Below, piece after piece: positions 14,607-24,194 of a stretch of DNA of 37,119 bases. The translations under genes were made by a program, and so were the position numbers. How positions within the stretch are numbered: position 1 is the stretch's first letter; every line of letters begins with the position of its first letter. The stretch is from Verrucomicrobiota bacterium (GTDB lineage Bacteria; Verrucomicrobiota; Verrucomicrobiia; Chthoniobacterales; Chthoniobacteraceae), in NCBI GenBank assembly GCA_041191265.1, contig JBEEPE010000220.1, positions 1 to 37,119 of the forward strand. The letters are read 5' to 3'. The notes under the pieces are model-generated. The model had not been told where the DNA came from. It saw nothing but the letters and a program-made list of their open reading frames with translations, and did no database searches.

Positions 14607-15785
14607 TTACCGACGGATCTCACGGGCGGTTATCGTTTTCGCCACGAGCATTGAGAGGTGCGCTGAGAGGGCAACCGCGATGGCTGTTTCCCAGCCGAAG
14701 AGTTCGAAGCCGAGGATCATCGCGGCGAGCGGGGCCCTTAGCCCTGCGGCAAAGGCAAGACAGAGGCCCACGGGGCCCGCGACGCCGGCCATGGGAAGTC
14801 CGACGCTCGCGAGGTGGAGGGCGAGGGATGTGCCCATGAAAAAGAGGGGGGTGACTTCGCCGCCGCGCATTCCTGCTCCGAGCGTGATGAGGGTAAACAC
14901 GGTTTTCCAAAGCCATGCGAACGGGGCTGCCGTCGCATCGGACAGCATACTCTGAATGGAAATCGCACCCTCCGTCATCGAGGTCGCTCCCAGTCCGCAA
15001 TAGCTCAATCCGTTGGGCACCGCAGTGGCCAGCGTTGCTAGGAGTGCAGTCGATGCGATGGCAATTGCCCAATCCGAGCCGATTTGCGCACGAACGGTGC
15101 GCAGTCGAGAAAGGCCGCGCTGAAACAATCCCGTGAGCACGCCACAGCTCACTGCGAGTGCGGCGAGTCCGCCCAAAATTCCGAGGTTTAAGGACTCAAA
15201 CACCGGGGGGGGCGTGGTGCTGTGTGCGGCTCCGCAGAGGGTTGCCATCGCATGGCCCCCCCAGCTCGCGGCGGAAACCCACAACGCTTCTCGAAGGGAG
15301 GGGTGGCCGGCGTGCATTTCGAGAGCGAATACGGCTGCGGTGGCAGGCGTGCCGAAGACCGCGCCAAATCCCGCGGCAAGTCCGCAGCGGGTGGCGAGTC
15401 CGCCCGCGATGGCGTTGCAACGGGCGAGCTTTGCCACGAGGGCGGTTATGCCTGCGCCGAGTTGCAGGGCAGTTCCCTCCCTTCCTGCGGAGCCGCCGCC
15501 CAGATGGGTCAGCAGAGTCGAGATAAAGATGAGTGGCGCCATGCCTGACGGCGCTGCGGGTTTGTCCTCCTGCGAGGCACGGATGGCGGCGTTGGTTCCG
15601 CCATCTGACGCGGGGTCGAGCTTTGTGTAGAGGCGGTTGCTCAGGACTGCGCCCAGTGGGAGGGTTGCCATGAGCAGCGGTTGGGCAGCGAATGCGTGAC
15701 CGACGAAATCCATGCCCTCGAGAAAAAGGGCGCCGACCGCTCCGGTGACCAGCGTGCTGGTGATAATCAGAGCGGATTGATTCAT
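14607..15785 (-). CDS. Short ClC-family anion transporter without CBS domains; motifs suggest a CLC-F type fluoride/H+ antiporter
   Basis: 392 aa. It aligns by eye to E. coli ClC-ec1: GREGTALQLG (vs GREGPTVQIG), AAGFGAVFGTPATAAVFALE (vs [21 protein letters not shown]), GGEVTPLFFMG (vs GGIFAPMLALG), LRAPLAAMILGFE (vs VRAPLTGIVLVLE). The start is 10 nt after the RND stop. Confidence 0.85.
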   Translation of the reverse strand: MNQSALIITSTLVTGAVGALFLEGMDFVGHAFAAQPLLMATLPLGAVLSNRLYTKLDPASDGGTNAAIRASQEDKPAAPSGMAPLIFISTLLTHLGGGSAGREGTALQLGAGITALVAKLARCNAIAGGLATRCGLAAGFGAVFGTPATAAVFALEMHAGHPSLREALWVSAASWGGHAMATLCGAAHSTTPPPVFESLNLGILGGLAALAVSCGVLTGLFQRGLSRLRTVRAQIGSDWAIAIASTALLATLATAVPNGLSYCGLGATSMTEGAISIQSMLSDATAAPFAWLWKTVFTLITLGAGMRGGEVTPLFFMGTSLALHLASVGLPMAGVAGPVGLCLAFAAGLRAPLAAMILGFELFGWETAIAVALSAHLSMLVAKTITAREIRR

Positions 15786-15795
15786 GGTGCGGAGA

Positions 15796-18700
15796 TTAAG
15801 CAGAGGCGGTTCGACGCTCGGGCGAGAGTGCGATGTAAATCGCGGGAATCACGAACAGCGTGAGCAGCGTGCCGATGATCATGCCGGACACGAGCACGAC
15901 GCCGATACTGTTTCGCGCGCCTGCACCGGGGCCGGACGCCAGCACGAGGGGGAAGTGACCGACCACCGTTGCGACGGAGGTCATCAGGATGGGGCGCAGT
16001 CGCGTTGTGCCGGCTTCAACGATGGCCTCGAGGAGTGGGACTCCGCGGTCGCGCAAGTGGTTTGCGAACTCCACGATGAGAATCCCGTTTTTTGAGACGA
16101 GCCCCACCAGCGTGATGAGCCCGACTTGGCTGTAGATGTTGAGCGTGGTGAATCCAAGGAACGAGAACATGAGGGCACCCGTCAGCGCGAGGGGAACGGA
16201 CCCGAGGAGGATGATGAAGGGAGATCGAAAGCTTTCGAACTGTGCGGCAAGCACCAGAAAGATGAGAATCATCGAGACAATCAGTGTTTCATTGAGGCGA
16301 CTACCTTCCACGCGGAGTTGTCGGGCTTCACCTTGATAATCAACGGAATAGCCCCGTGGCAGAAGGGTGGATGCCTCGGTTTCTAGGAAGCGGAGGACGC
16401 TGTCGAGCGTGACGTTCGGGGGGTAGGCCCCCTGGATGCGCGCGCAGTTGAGTTGTTGAAACCGGTTGAGGGTGCGTGGTTCGACGGTCTTGCGCACGGA
16501 CGCGATGGTGGAGAGTTGAATCTGGCGTCCTTCGGGGCCGGGGACGTAGATGTCGCTGACCTGCTCGGGATTTAGGCGCGCGGCACGTTCGAGTTGGGGA
16601 ATCACTTTGTAGCTGCGCCCTTGGATGGAGAATCGGTTGACGAAGGCTCCTCCCAGCATCGCGGAGAGGTCGCCTCCGATTTGCTGAAGATTCAGGCCCA
16701 TGTCGAAAACGAGATCGCGGTCGAGGACGACTTCCGCTTGCGGCAGATCAAACTTCAGGTCGGTGTCGGCGAACATGAACATTCCGCTCTTGAGGGCCTT
16801 TCCAACGAGTTGCTCTGCGAAGCCAACGAGTTCGCGTGGTTCTGCGGTGGTGCAGATGACGAACTCGACGGGAAGATTGCTCGCGCCGGGCAGGGGAGCG
16901 GGTGTGGTTGCGATGACGCGGATGCCCGGAATGCCAGCGGAGCGGCCGAACACTTCACCGAGGATTTGATCAGTGGAGCGGGCGCGCTGGCTCCACGGTT
17001 TTGTGACGAGGCCGGAGAATCCTTGGAAGGGTTGTGTGATTTGAAAGGTGGTCGCGGTTTCTGGAATGGAAAGGAAGAGATCGTTGAGGAGCGCGGTGTA
17101 CCGCGTGGTTTGATCGATGGTCGAGTTCGGCGCTGCTTGCACGATTCCGAACACGACCCCTTGGTCCTCCTTGGGCGCGAGTTCTTTTCCAGAAAGGAGA
17201 TAGAACGGGATTCCGAGCAGCGTGAACGCGACAGCGAAAAAGAGGGTTACCGGACGCCAGCGCAGGCTCGAGCGCAGGACGTTCCCGTAGGATGATTTTA
17301 CGCGGTCGAAAAAGCGGTTCACCACGCCTGCAAATCCTCCTGTTCCAGTTGCTGGTTTGAGGAGATGTCCGGACATCACGGGCGACAGGGTGATGGCGAC
17401 GATTCCGGAGACGATGACGGCTCCGGCGAGGGTAAAGACGAACTCGCGGAAAAGGGTTCCGGTGAGTCCCCCTTGCAGCCCGACGGGGGCGTACACGGCC
17501 GCGAGGGTGATGGTCATCGCGACGATGGGGCCGAGCAGTTCTCTCGCGCCCTTGAGGGCGGCTTCCAGAGGCGAGGACCCCTCGCGGATGTGGCGTTCGA
17601 CGTTTTCAACGACGACAATCGCGTCGTCGACCACAAGCCCGACAGACAGAACAATCGCGAGGAGGGTCAGCAGGTTCAGGGTGAATCCGAAGACCAGCAT
17701 GATGAAGGCGGCGCCGACGAGACTGACGGGAATCGCGACGATGGGAATGAGGACCGAGCGAACGCTGCCGAGGAACAGAAAGATGACGGCTACGACGATG
17801 ATGAGGGTTTCTGTGAGCGTTCGGAGCACCTCTTTCAGGGCGTCGTCAATGTAGCGGGTGGAGTCGTAGGGGATTCCCGCCTTCATGCCGCTGGGGAGTT
17901 GTCGTTCGATGTACGGCATTTCGGCGCGAACCCTTTTCATTACGTCGAGCGAGTTGGCCGTTGGGAGCACCCAGATTCCCATGAATGTGGCGGTTTGACC
18001 GGAGAAGCGGACATCGCTGTCGTAGTCCTCGGCGCCGAGGGAAACGTCGGCAATTTGTTTGAGGCGCACGACACGGCCTTGGTCTTCGCGGATGACCATT
18101 TCCTTGAACTCGTCTGCTGTGGTGAGGTTGGTGTTGGCGACGAGGTTCACGACGATGTCGGAGCCGCGCGTTCCGCCGAGAGCGGAGAGGTAGTTGTTTG
18201 CGGAGAGGGCGCGGCGAACTTCGGAGGCGGAGACGTTGAGAGCCGCCATCTGTGCAGGCTTTAGCCAGATGCGCATTGCGAAGGTGCGTGCTCCAAGGAT
18301 TTCCGCTTTTTGGACGCCTGAGACGGCGGTGAGTTTGGGCTGAATGACGCGGGTGAGGTAATCTGTGATTTGATTTGGGTCGAGGTCCTCGGTGTAAAAC
18401 GAGAGGTACATCGATGCGAACTGGTTGTCCGACGTGGTGAGTTCGATGGTCGGTGATTCGGACTCTGGAGGAAGGTCGTTTCGAACCTGCGCCACCTTTG
18501 ACTGAATTTGGGTCAGAGCCGCGTTGGTGTCGTAATTCAGTTTGAGGTGAACCGTGATGATGCTGAGGTTTTGAGCGCTCTGGGATTCGATGAAGTCGAT
18601 TCCGTCGGCGCTGGCGATGGAGCGTTCGAGCGGCGTCGTGACAAAGCCGCGGACGAGGTCGGCATTGGCGCCGATGTAGCGGGTTTTAACGTTAACGACG

Positions 18701-18828
18701 GCGATGTCGCTCTTGGGGTACTGGCGTACGTTAAGGGAGCGGATGGACTGGATACCTGCGAGAAGGATGAGCAGGTTGATGACAATCGCGAAGACGGGGC
18801 GACGGATGAAGAGGTCGGTGAAGGCCAT
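15796..18828 (-). CDS. RND efflux transporter permease (AcrB/MdtB-like, HAE1-type)
   Basis: Trimmed to MAFTDLFIRRPVFAIVINLLILLAGI (CAT at 18826-18828). 1010 aa with the typical 12-TM, two-large-loop layout and the C-terminal FVIPAIY motif region. Confidence 0.95.
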   Translation of the reverse strand: MAFTDLFIRRPVFAIVINLLILLAGIQSIRSLNVRQYPKSDIAVVNVKTRYIGANADLVRGFVTTPLERSIASADGIDFIESQSAQNLSIITVHLKLNYDTNAALTQIQSKVAQVRNDLPPESESPTIELTTSDNQFASMYLSFYTEDLDPNQITDYLTRVIQPKLTAVSGVQKAEILGARTFAMRIWLKPAQMAALNVSASEVRRALSANNYLSALGGTRGSDIVVNLVANTNLTTADEFKEMVIREDQGRVVRLKQIADVSLGAEDYDSDVRFSGQTATFMGIWVLPTANSLDVMKRVRAEMPYIERQLPSGMKAGIPYDSTRYIDDALKEVLRTLTETLIIVVAVIFLFLGSVRSVLIPIVAIPVSLVGAAFIMLVFGFTLNLLTLLAIVLSVGLVVDDAIVVVENVERHIREGSSPLEAALKGARELLGPIVAMTITLAAVYAPVGLQGGLTGTLFREFVFTLAGAVIVSGIVAITLSPVMSGHLLKPATGTGGFAGVVNRFFDRVKSSYGNVLRSSLRWRPVTLFFAVAFTLLGIPFYLLSGKELAPKEDQGVVFGIVQAAPNSTIDQTTRYTALLNDLFLSIPETATTFQITQPFQGFSGLVTKPWSQRARSTDQILGEVFGRSAGIPGIRVIATTPAPLPGASNLPVEFVICTTAEPRELVGFAEQLVGKALKSGMFMFADTDLKFDLPQAEVVLDRDLVFDMGLNLQQIGGDLSAMLGGAFVNRFSIQGRSYKVIPQLERAARLNPEQVSDIYVPGPEGRQIQLSTIASVRKTVEPRTLNRFQQLNCARIQGAYPPNVTLDSVLRFLETEASTLLPRGYSVDYQGEARQLRVEGSRLNETLIVSMILIFLVLAAQFESFRSPFIILLGSVPLALTGALMFSFLGFTTLNIYSQVGLITLVGLVSKNGILIVEFANHLRDRGVPLLEAIVEAGTTRLRPILMTSVATVVGHFPLVLASGPGAGARNSIGVVLVSGMIIGTLLTLFVIPAIYIALSPERRTASA

Positions 18829-18838
18829 GAGCGTGGCG

Positions 18839-19963
18839 TCAGCTATTGGGCGGGCGCGGTGCGGTGCTGTTTGCCGGGGCGACGGCATTATTGATTTGGA
18901 CGGGGGCACCGCTTCGGAGGCGAAAGACACCAGATGAGACCACTTCGTCTCCCTCTTTTAGGCCGGACTCGACGACGACGACGTCGCCTCGCGTGGCGCT
19001 CGTTTTGACGAACTGCTGTTCGACCGTCGGCGGGGCGTCTTTTGCGTCAGCGGCGTGTTTTACGATGAAAACGGAGTCGCCGTATGGTGCGAACTGAATC
19101 GCCGCAAGAGGCACGGTGATCACATTCTTGCGCAGAGGCTTGGGGATGTTCACTCGCACAAACATGCCCGGCTTCAAGTGGCCGGATGGGTTTTCAATCG
19201 TCGCTTGAACCGTGAGGTTCCTCGTTGCGCTGTCGAGAGATGCGTCGACGGCAGTGATTTTACCCGACAGAGCATCGATCGCCCCCTGATCGAGCGTTGC
19301 TGAGACGAGCGTTCCGGGAGTCACTTGGTTCAGTTGCCCCTGAGGCACCGCGAACTCAACGTGAATGGGGTTGACCGAATGAAGGGCAATGACCGGTGCT
19401 CCTGGATTAAGAAACTGTCCTGGAGAGGCTTGACGAATGCCGAGAAGACCGTCGAAGGGGGCTTTGATGCTGCGTTTGGCGAGAGCCGATTTGCAGTTGT
19501 CGACGTTGGCATCCGCCTGCTTCAACTCGCTTTCTGCTGCATCGATATCTGCGTCGGCGATTGCGGCCTCCTTTTTGAGTTCGCGCTTTCTTGCGACATC
19601 TGTTTGGGCAAGTGCGAGGCGCGCTTCTGCCACGCGGAGTTGTGCGGATTCTTGGCGATCGTTCAGTGCGAGGAGAAGGTCGCCTTTTTTAACGAGGGTT
19701 CCGGATTCAATCGGAAGCGTTTCGATGATACCGGCCACCTCACTGGCGACCGTAAGCGAGTTGATTGCTCGAACGGAACCGGTGAACGAGATGGCGTCAG
19801 CCCACTCTCCGGGCTCTACCGTGATTGTGGTGACGGCGGTTGGTGGCGGCGCGAACTTGGCGCCCATCGCCATTGCACTCTTGATCTGGAGGAACTTCGC
19901 GTAGCCGAGTCCGGCGACGAGTGCTCCGAAAAGAACGGTCATTAAGAGAAAGCGTTTCCACAT
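18839..19963 (-). CDS. RND efflux periplasmic adaptor (membrane fusion protein, HlyD/AcrA family)
   Basis: Trimmed to MWKRFLLMTVLFGALVAGLG (CAT at 19961-19963). It has lipoyl/hairpin/beta-barrel order with coiled-coil AQLRVAEARLALAQTDVARKRELKKE. The stop is 10 nt before the RND start. Confidence 0.9.
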   Translation of the reverse strand: MWKRFLLMTVLFGALVAGLGYAKFLQIKSAMAMGAKFAPPPTAVTTITVEPGEWADAISFTGSVRAINSLTVASEVAGIIETLPIESGTLVKKGDLLLALNDRQESAQLRVAEARLALAQTDVARKRELKKEAAIADADIDAAESELKQADANVDNCKSALAKRSIKAPFDGLLGIRQASPGQFLNPGAPVIALHSVNPIHVEFAVPQGQLNQVTPGTLVSATLDQGAIDALSGKITAVDASLDSATRNLTVQATIENPSGHLKPGMFVRVNIPKPLRKNVITVPLAAIQFAPYGDSVFIVKHAADAKDAPPTVEQQFVKTSATRGDVVVVESGLKEGDEVVSSGVFRLRSGAPVQINNAVAPANSTAPRPPNS

Positions 19964-19991
19964 GGGTGCAGGCAGTATGAACGAGTTCGAG

Positions 19992-20032
19992 ATAAATAAA
20001 AAACGCATCCCGCCGAGTGGACGGGATGCGTT
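19992..20032 (-). terminator. Strong rho-independent terminator after leuD
   Basis: On the minus strand, AACGCATCCCG - 9-nt loop - CGGGATGCGTT (11-bp stem, 20002-20032) followed by TTTTATTTATC. It lies 14 nt downstream of the leuD stop (20046). Confidence 0.85.
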
Positions 20033-20045
20033 GATGCCAAGAAGC

Positions 20046-20591
20046 TTACTTTGCGGCGATCATGCCGCTTTGCCGTGCGTAGTTGAAGATGCCGCCCGCA
20101 TCGATCACGGGACGGACTTCTCCGAGAGGCTTGAGCGAGTAGGTTACGCCGTTGGCCGTGAGCGTGTCGTTGTCGAAGTCCAGCGTCGCGATATCCCCCG
20201 TTTTGAGGATATCGCAAAGGCGCTCGTTAGCGTCGTACGGGTACAACTCGCCGGTGGCCACGCAGTTCCTGAAGAAGATTCGCGCGAAGCTTTCCGCGAC
20301 GACCGCTTCGACGCCCGCTGCCCCAAGGGCGATTGGAGCGTGTTCACGGGAGGAGCCGCAGCCGAAGTTGCGTCCGGCGATGACGATTTTGTACGGCGTT
20401 TCTTCGGCTCCTTCGGGGATGAAGCGTTGCGGGTACAAATCGTCTGGCAGGCCGATGAGGGCGTAGGTTCCCAGCTTTTTGTACTCTTCTGGAATCGTTG
20501 GAACCAGTGTAAGGTACTGGGCGGGTATGATTTGGTCGGTGTCGATGTTGTCCCGCGTCACATAGACGGGGGAGGTGATGGTTTTTGCCAT
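20046..20591 (-). CDS. leuD: Aconitase-family dehydratase small subunit (3-isopropylmalate dehydratase LeuD-like)
   Basis: 181 aa with YVTRDNIDTDQIIPAQYL and GRNFGCGSSREHA motifs, directly downstream of the large subunit. LeuD versus homoaconitase small subunit cannot be separated by eye. Confidence 0.8.
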   Translation of the reverse strand: MAKTITSPVYVTRDNIDTDQIIPAQYLTLVPTIPEEYKKLGTYALIGLPDDLYPQRFIPEGAEETPYKIVIAGRNFGCGSSREHAPIALGAAGVEAVVAESFARIFFRNCVATGELYPYDANERLCDILKTGDIATLDFDNDTLTANGVTYSLKPLGEVRPVIDAGGIFNYARQSGMIAAK

Positions 20592-20614
20592 GTCAGTTCG
20601 GAGGATTCGATGGT

Positions 20615-21985
20615 TTAGCTGATGTACTCGCGGGGGTCGCTGATGTGGCCGTTCAACGCGCTAGCGGCCACTGTGTAGGGCGATGCGAGGAATACTTGCG
20701 ACTCCTTGTTGCCCATCCGTCCGGGGAAGTTGCGATTCGTGGCGGAGATGCACTTCATCGGCTGGTTGAGGCGGCCGAAGGTGTCCACGGGGCCGCCCAA
20801 GCATGCCGCGCAGGAGGCGTTTTCGGTCATTCGTACACCAGACGACTCGAGGATGCTCCACACGGACTGTCCGTTCCATTGAGTTGTCTTGAGGTCTTCA
20901 ACCACTTGTGTGGTGGCTGGGACGCCAAAGGTGTCGATTTTGACGGTCTTGCCTTTCACGACCTCGGCGAATGCGAGGAAATCGCTGGTTTTCCCGCCTG
21001 TGCAGGAGCCGATGTAGGCGCGGTCCAGCTTGACGCTTTCCAACTCTTTGGCTGTCTTGCGGTTGCCTGGGTCAGGGTGGCAAGCCACCGTGGGTTCGAG
21101 TTTGGAGAGATCGAACTTTTTGTCGTAGCAGAACGTTTGGTCGGCATCCAAATCCACGGGTCTGAAGCGGCCCTTGTGGTTGTTTGCGTTCATGCGTTCT
21201 GCGACGTAATGCATGGTTAACTCGTCGCAGGGAAAGATGCCGTTTTTGGCCCCTGCCTCGATGGCCATGTTTGCGATGGTCATCCGGTCATCCATGTTGA
21301 GGTTGCGAACGCCGGGGCCTTCCCACTGCATGGCGCGATAGGTTGCTCCGTCGAAGCCGATTTCACCGATGACATGGAGAATGACATCCTTCGCCATCAC
21401 CCCCGGTTGAAGCGCGCCTTCTAGGTATAAGCGCATGGATTCAGGAACTTTAACGAGTAGTTTTCCCGTTCCGAGGATGAATCCGGCGTCGGTGTTCCCG
21501 ATTCCTGTGGCGAATTGGTTGAAGGCTCCCGCCATGCAGGTGTGGGAGTCTGTTCCAAACAAGATGCTTCCCGGGCGAACGTGACCACGCAGCGCGAGCG
21601 TGGTGTGGCACACACCGGTGTAGCGCTTGCCATACTGGGCTTTTGTTTGCCCCTTCGCGGCATCGAACTTCCAAGAACCGTTGGGGTCGTCAATAACGTC
21701 GTAAAAATACGGAAGCTCCTGTTCGCGAACGAATTCACGCAGGATGTCGACGTTACGGTTCGACATCGAATCCGCAGTGAAAATGTAGTGGTCTGGAATG
21801 ATGACCACGCCTTCTCGGTTCCAGACCTTCGCGTCCTTCCCGAATTCGCGTTTGAAAACACCGATTGTCCCCGGGCCACACACATCGTGAGTCATCAGCA
21901 CGTCGACGTTCACCCAGACGTTATCGCCCGGACGAACCGATGTTTTGCCGGCGGCCTGAGCCAGCACCTTTTCTGTAAGAGTCAT
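20615..21985 (-). CDS. leuC: Aconitase-family dehydratase large subunit (3-isopropylmalate dehydratase LeuC-like)
   Basis: Trimmed to MTLTEKVLAQAAGK (CAT at 21983-21985). Motifs: LMTHDV, GTDSHT, IGSCTGG and SCAACLG (Fe-S cluster cysteines), NRNFPGRMG. Confidence 0.8.
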   Translation of the reverse strand: MTLTEKVLAQAAGKTSVRPGDNVWVNVDVLMTHDVCGPGTIGVFKREFGKDAKVWNREGVVIIPDHYIFTADSMSNRNVDILREFVREQELPYFYDVIDDPNGSWKFDAAKGQTKAQYGKRYTGVCHTTLALRGHVRPGSILFGTDSHTCMAGAFNQFATGIGNTDAGFILGTGKLLVKVPESMRLYLEGALQPGVMAKDVILHVIGEIGFDGATYRAMQWEGPGVRNLNMDDRMTIANMAIEAGAKNGIFPCDELTMHYVAERMNANNHKGRFRPVDLDADQTFCYDKKFDLSKLEPTVACHPDPGNRKTAKELESVKLDRAYIGSCTGGKTSDFLAFAEVVKGKTVKIDTFGVPATTQVVEDLKTTQWNGQSVWSILESSGVRMTENASCAACLGGPVDTFGRLNQPMKCISATNRNFPGRMGNKESQVFLASPYTVAASALNGHISDPREYIS

Positions 21986-22110
21986 AAGCCATCGATTCTC
22001 CCGACTCGTATTGCCTAGTGCAACCGCAAACCGGTCGAACAAAGCCGTGCGGGGTCAAAGCGGCGAACATTGAGAGCGGTTCAACAGTCGCTTGGAGATG
22101 CGAGTGCAAG

Positions 22111-22917
22111 CTATTGGCGCTCAATGAAGTCCAAGTGGAGACGAGCGCAGTGCCACATGTAACCCGGTCCCGTGTCGGCGACCTGATCGGCAGGGAACAG
22201 TGAAACGGCTTCACGGATGTCCGCTAACCCCGCTTGTTTGTCCGAACTCACGACATGTAGGCCCCTGTAGTACAGGTGAAAGAACTTCACCATGCGGGAG
22301 GACTCAACATGAGGGCGGACCGCTTCGTTGTAGTCCGCTAGGCTTAGGCTGCCTCCGTAAAGCGCGTACAGTTGCGGGAAGGGATGACGATCAAACTGCT
22401 TGTACGGGAGCATCTTGGACTGAGCGTGCGCGAGACCCTTTGATTGAACGTCGCAGAGAAACTTCCAAAGACCGTTCTCCCGATCTCTCGCGTCATAAGC
22501 GTGGTAGCGCTCGAACTGGTCCGCCCCATCCTGAAAGCGTTTGTTGAAGTAGTAAGCGATTCCCCTTCGCCAATGGGGCGTGTCTTGCGCCGCATCGATG
22601 GTAATCATCTCAGAGTAATCCTCCAATGCGCCTCGGAGATTGCCGAGAAACATCCGAAGGTCGCCACGTCTCGATAGACCACGCAACCTGCTAAACCCAG
22701 TGAGGTTGGAGATGGAATCGCTGAGCCCTCGCTCCTGTTTTGCGAAGTCTGTCAGCATGGCCGCTTGGTCGCCGGACTGCCTCGCGGAAGACGTCTCACG
22801 GGCGTTCGCATCTACGTTTGTTGTGGTCGCACTGGCACTGACTGCGGCGTACAGGCAACAAGGTATCACAATCAGGCACAGTGATTTCCGACGGAGCTGT
22901 GGAGTCGCGGTGAGCAT
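22111..22917 (-). CDS. Secreted or lipid-anchored TPR-like protein, NlpI-like by eye
   Basis: ATG at 22917 (the track start at 22929 is TTG). Hydrophobic N-terminus SLCLIVIPCCLYAAVSASA. RGIAYYFNKRFQDGADQFERYHAYDARDRENGLWKFLC parallels the NlpI segment RGIALYY...DPNDPFRSLWLYL. The function is uncertain. Confidence 0.4.
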   Translation of the reverse strand: MLTATPQLRRKSLCLIVIPCCLYAAVSASATTTNVDANARETSSARQSGDQAAMLTDFAKQERGLSDSISNLTGFSRLRGLSRRGDLRMFLGNLRGALEDYSEMITIDAAQDTPHWRRGIAYYFNKRFQDGADQFERYHAYDARDRENGLWKFLCDVQSKGLAHAQSKMLPYKQFDRHPFPQLYALYGGSLSLADYNEAVRPHVESSRMVKFFHLYYRGLHVVSSDKQAGLADIREAVSLFPADQVADTGPGYMWHCARLHLDFIERQ

Positions 22918-23270
22918 TCGGCGATTCAATACAGCCTGTCAGTTGGCATTCAAGCGATAAGCCGTCCAAAAGCTTCCGCGAGATAAAATCCCGCAGGTTG
23001 GGACACATTTTTAAAAAAAGGTCTTGAGCCTCCCCCCAACCATCTCGTACAAACGCCACCCCTTCGCGCTCTCACGGTTGAAACTGTGCACTCGCGGCAA
23101 ACAGGCTAGATGCCTCAACTTGTCCGCTTGGGCCATCTTCTCCAGCGGGCGCCGATGCTCGACTTCACTTATCGCTCCGGCCTGAGGCTTGATTCGTTGT
23201 GATGGTTTGGCTGCGGCACGCACGAGACTTTGCGACGGGAAGTTTTCAAAACACGTCTCGCATCAAAAAC

Positions 23271-23681
23271 ATGCCAACGATTAACCAGCTCGTCCGAAAA
23301 GGGCGTAAGAAGATCCAGATCAAATCGAAGAGTCCCGCGATGACGCGTTGTCCTTTTCGGCGCGGTGTTTGCACTCAGGTGATGACGCGTACGCCGAAGA
23401 AGCCAAACTCCGCACTTCGGAAAGTGGCTAAAGTTCGGCTCACCAACGGGTACGAAGTCATTGCCTACATCCCGGGCGAGGGACACAACCTCCAAGAACA
23501 CTCAATCGTTCTTGTCAGAGGTGGCCGCGTGAAAGATTTGCCAGGCGTTCGGTACCACATCGTTCGTGGAACCCTTGATGCGCTCGGAGTAGATGGTCGT
23601 CGTCGCTCTCGCTCGAAGTACGGGGCTAAGCGTCCGAAGCCAGGTCAAGAGACCGCGGCAAAGGGTAAGGGCAAGAAGTAG
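23271..23681 (+). CDS. rpsL: 30S ribosomal protein S12
   Basis: [14 protein letters not shown]...[19 protein letters not shown]. Trimmed to the ATG at 23271. The C-terminus carries a short extra K/G-rich tail. Confidence 0.97.
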   Translation: MPTINQLVRKGRKKIQIKSKSPAMTRCPFRRGVCTQVMTRTPKKPNSALRKVAKVRLTNGYEVIAYIPGEGHNLQEHSIVLVRGGRVKDLPGVRYHIVRGTLDALGVDGRRRSRSKYGAKRPKPGQETAAKGKGKK

Positions 23682-23708
23682 GAAGCTTAAAAATCCTCAT
23701 TCCGATTT

Positions 23709-24179
23709 ATGTCACGTCGTCGTCGCGTCATTCACAAAGAAGTTAAAATTGACTCTCGCTACGGGAGTCCGATTGTCGCTCGCCTCATTGGGACTCTGAT
23801 GACCAGCGGAAAGAAGTCGCTGGCAGAGCGTATTGTTTACGATGCGATTGAGAAAACGCGCCAGGAAGGGTCCGTTGATCCGCTTGACGTTTTGAATCGT
23901 GCTGTCGAGAACGTGAAGCCACGGTTGGAAGTGAAGAGTCGTCGCGTGGGCGGTGCAACCTACCAAGTGCCCATGGAAGTCTCCGCAGAGCGAGGTGCAG
24001 CTCTAGCGATGCGTTGGATTGTGACCAATGCTCGGTCAAGGAAAGCGACTGGCTTGGCGAAATCTCTCGCGAACGAACTCCGAGATGCGGCTTCGGGCCA
24101 AGGCAACTCGATTAAAAAGCGCGACGACACCCACAAAATGGCTCAGGCAAACCGCGCGTTCGCACATTTCCGTTTCTAA
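23709..24179 (+). CDS. rpsG: 30S ribosomal protein S7
   Basis: MSRRRRVIHKEV...VGGATYQVPMEV...KMAQANRAFAHFR. Confidence 0.97.
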   Translation: MSRRRRVIHKEVKIDSRYGSPIVARLIGTLMTSGKKSLAERIVYDAIEKTRQEGSVDPLDVLNRAVENVKPRLEVKSRRVGGATYQVPMEVSAERGAALAMRWIVTNARSRKATGLAKSLANELRDAASGQGNSIKKRDDTHKMAQANRAFAHFRF

Positions 24180-24194
24180 TCTGTTCTTAAGACT

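Noticed and set aside
15786-15795. Looked for a crcB-motif fluoride riboswitch upstream of the CLC-F-like gene and upstream of the operon (19964-20045).
   Set aside because: The ClC gene is only 10 nt from the RND stop. The 80 nt upstream of the MFP gene are occupied by the leuD terminator. No riboswitch-like conserved core was seen.
22918-23270. The minus-to-plus strand switch upstream of rpsL as a possible replication origin, and a candidate sigma70-like promoter TTGAGC-N18-TACAAA (23024-23053) preceded by an A/T-rich stretch.
   Set aside because: There are no DnaA-box clusters (TTATCCACA-like) or AT-rich unwinding repeats, and the spacer is only about 350 nt. The promoter match is weak and would imply a roughly 220-nt leader. 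This is not strong enough to annotate without transcription-start data.
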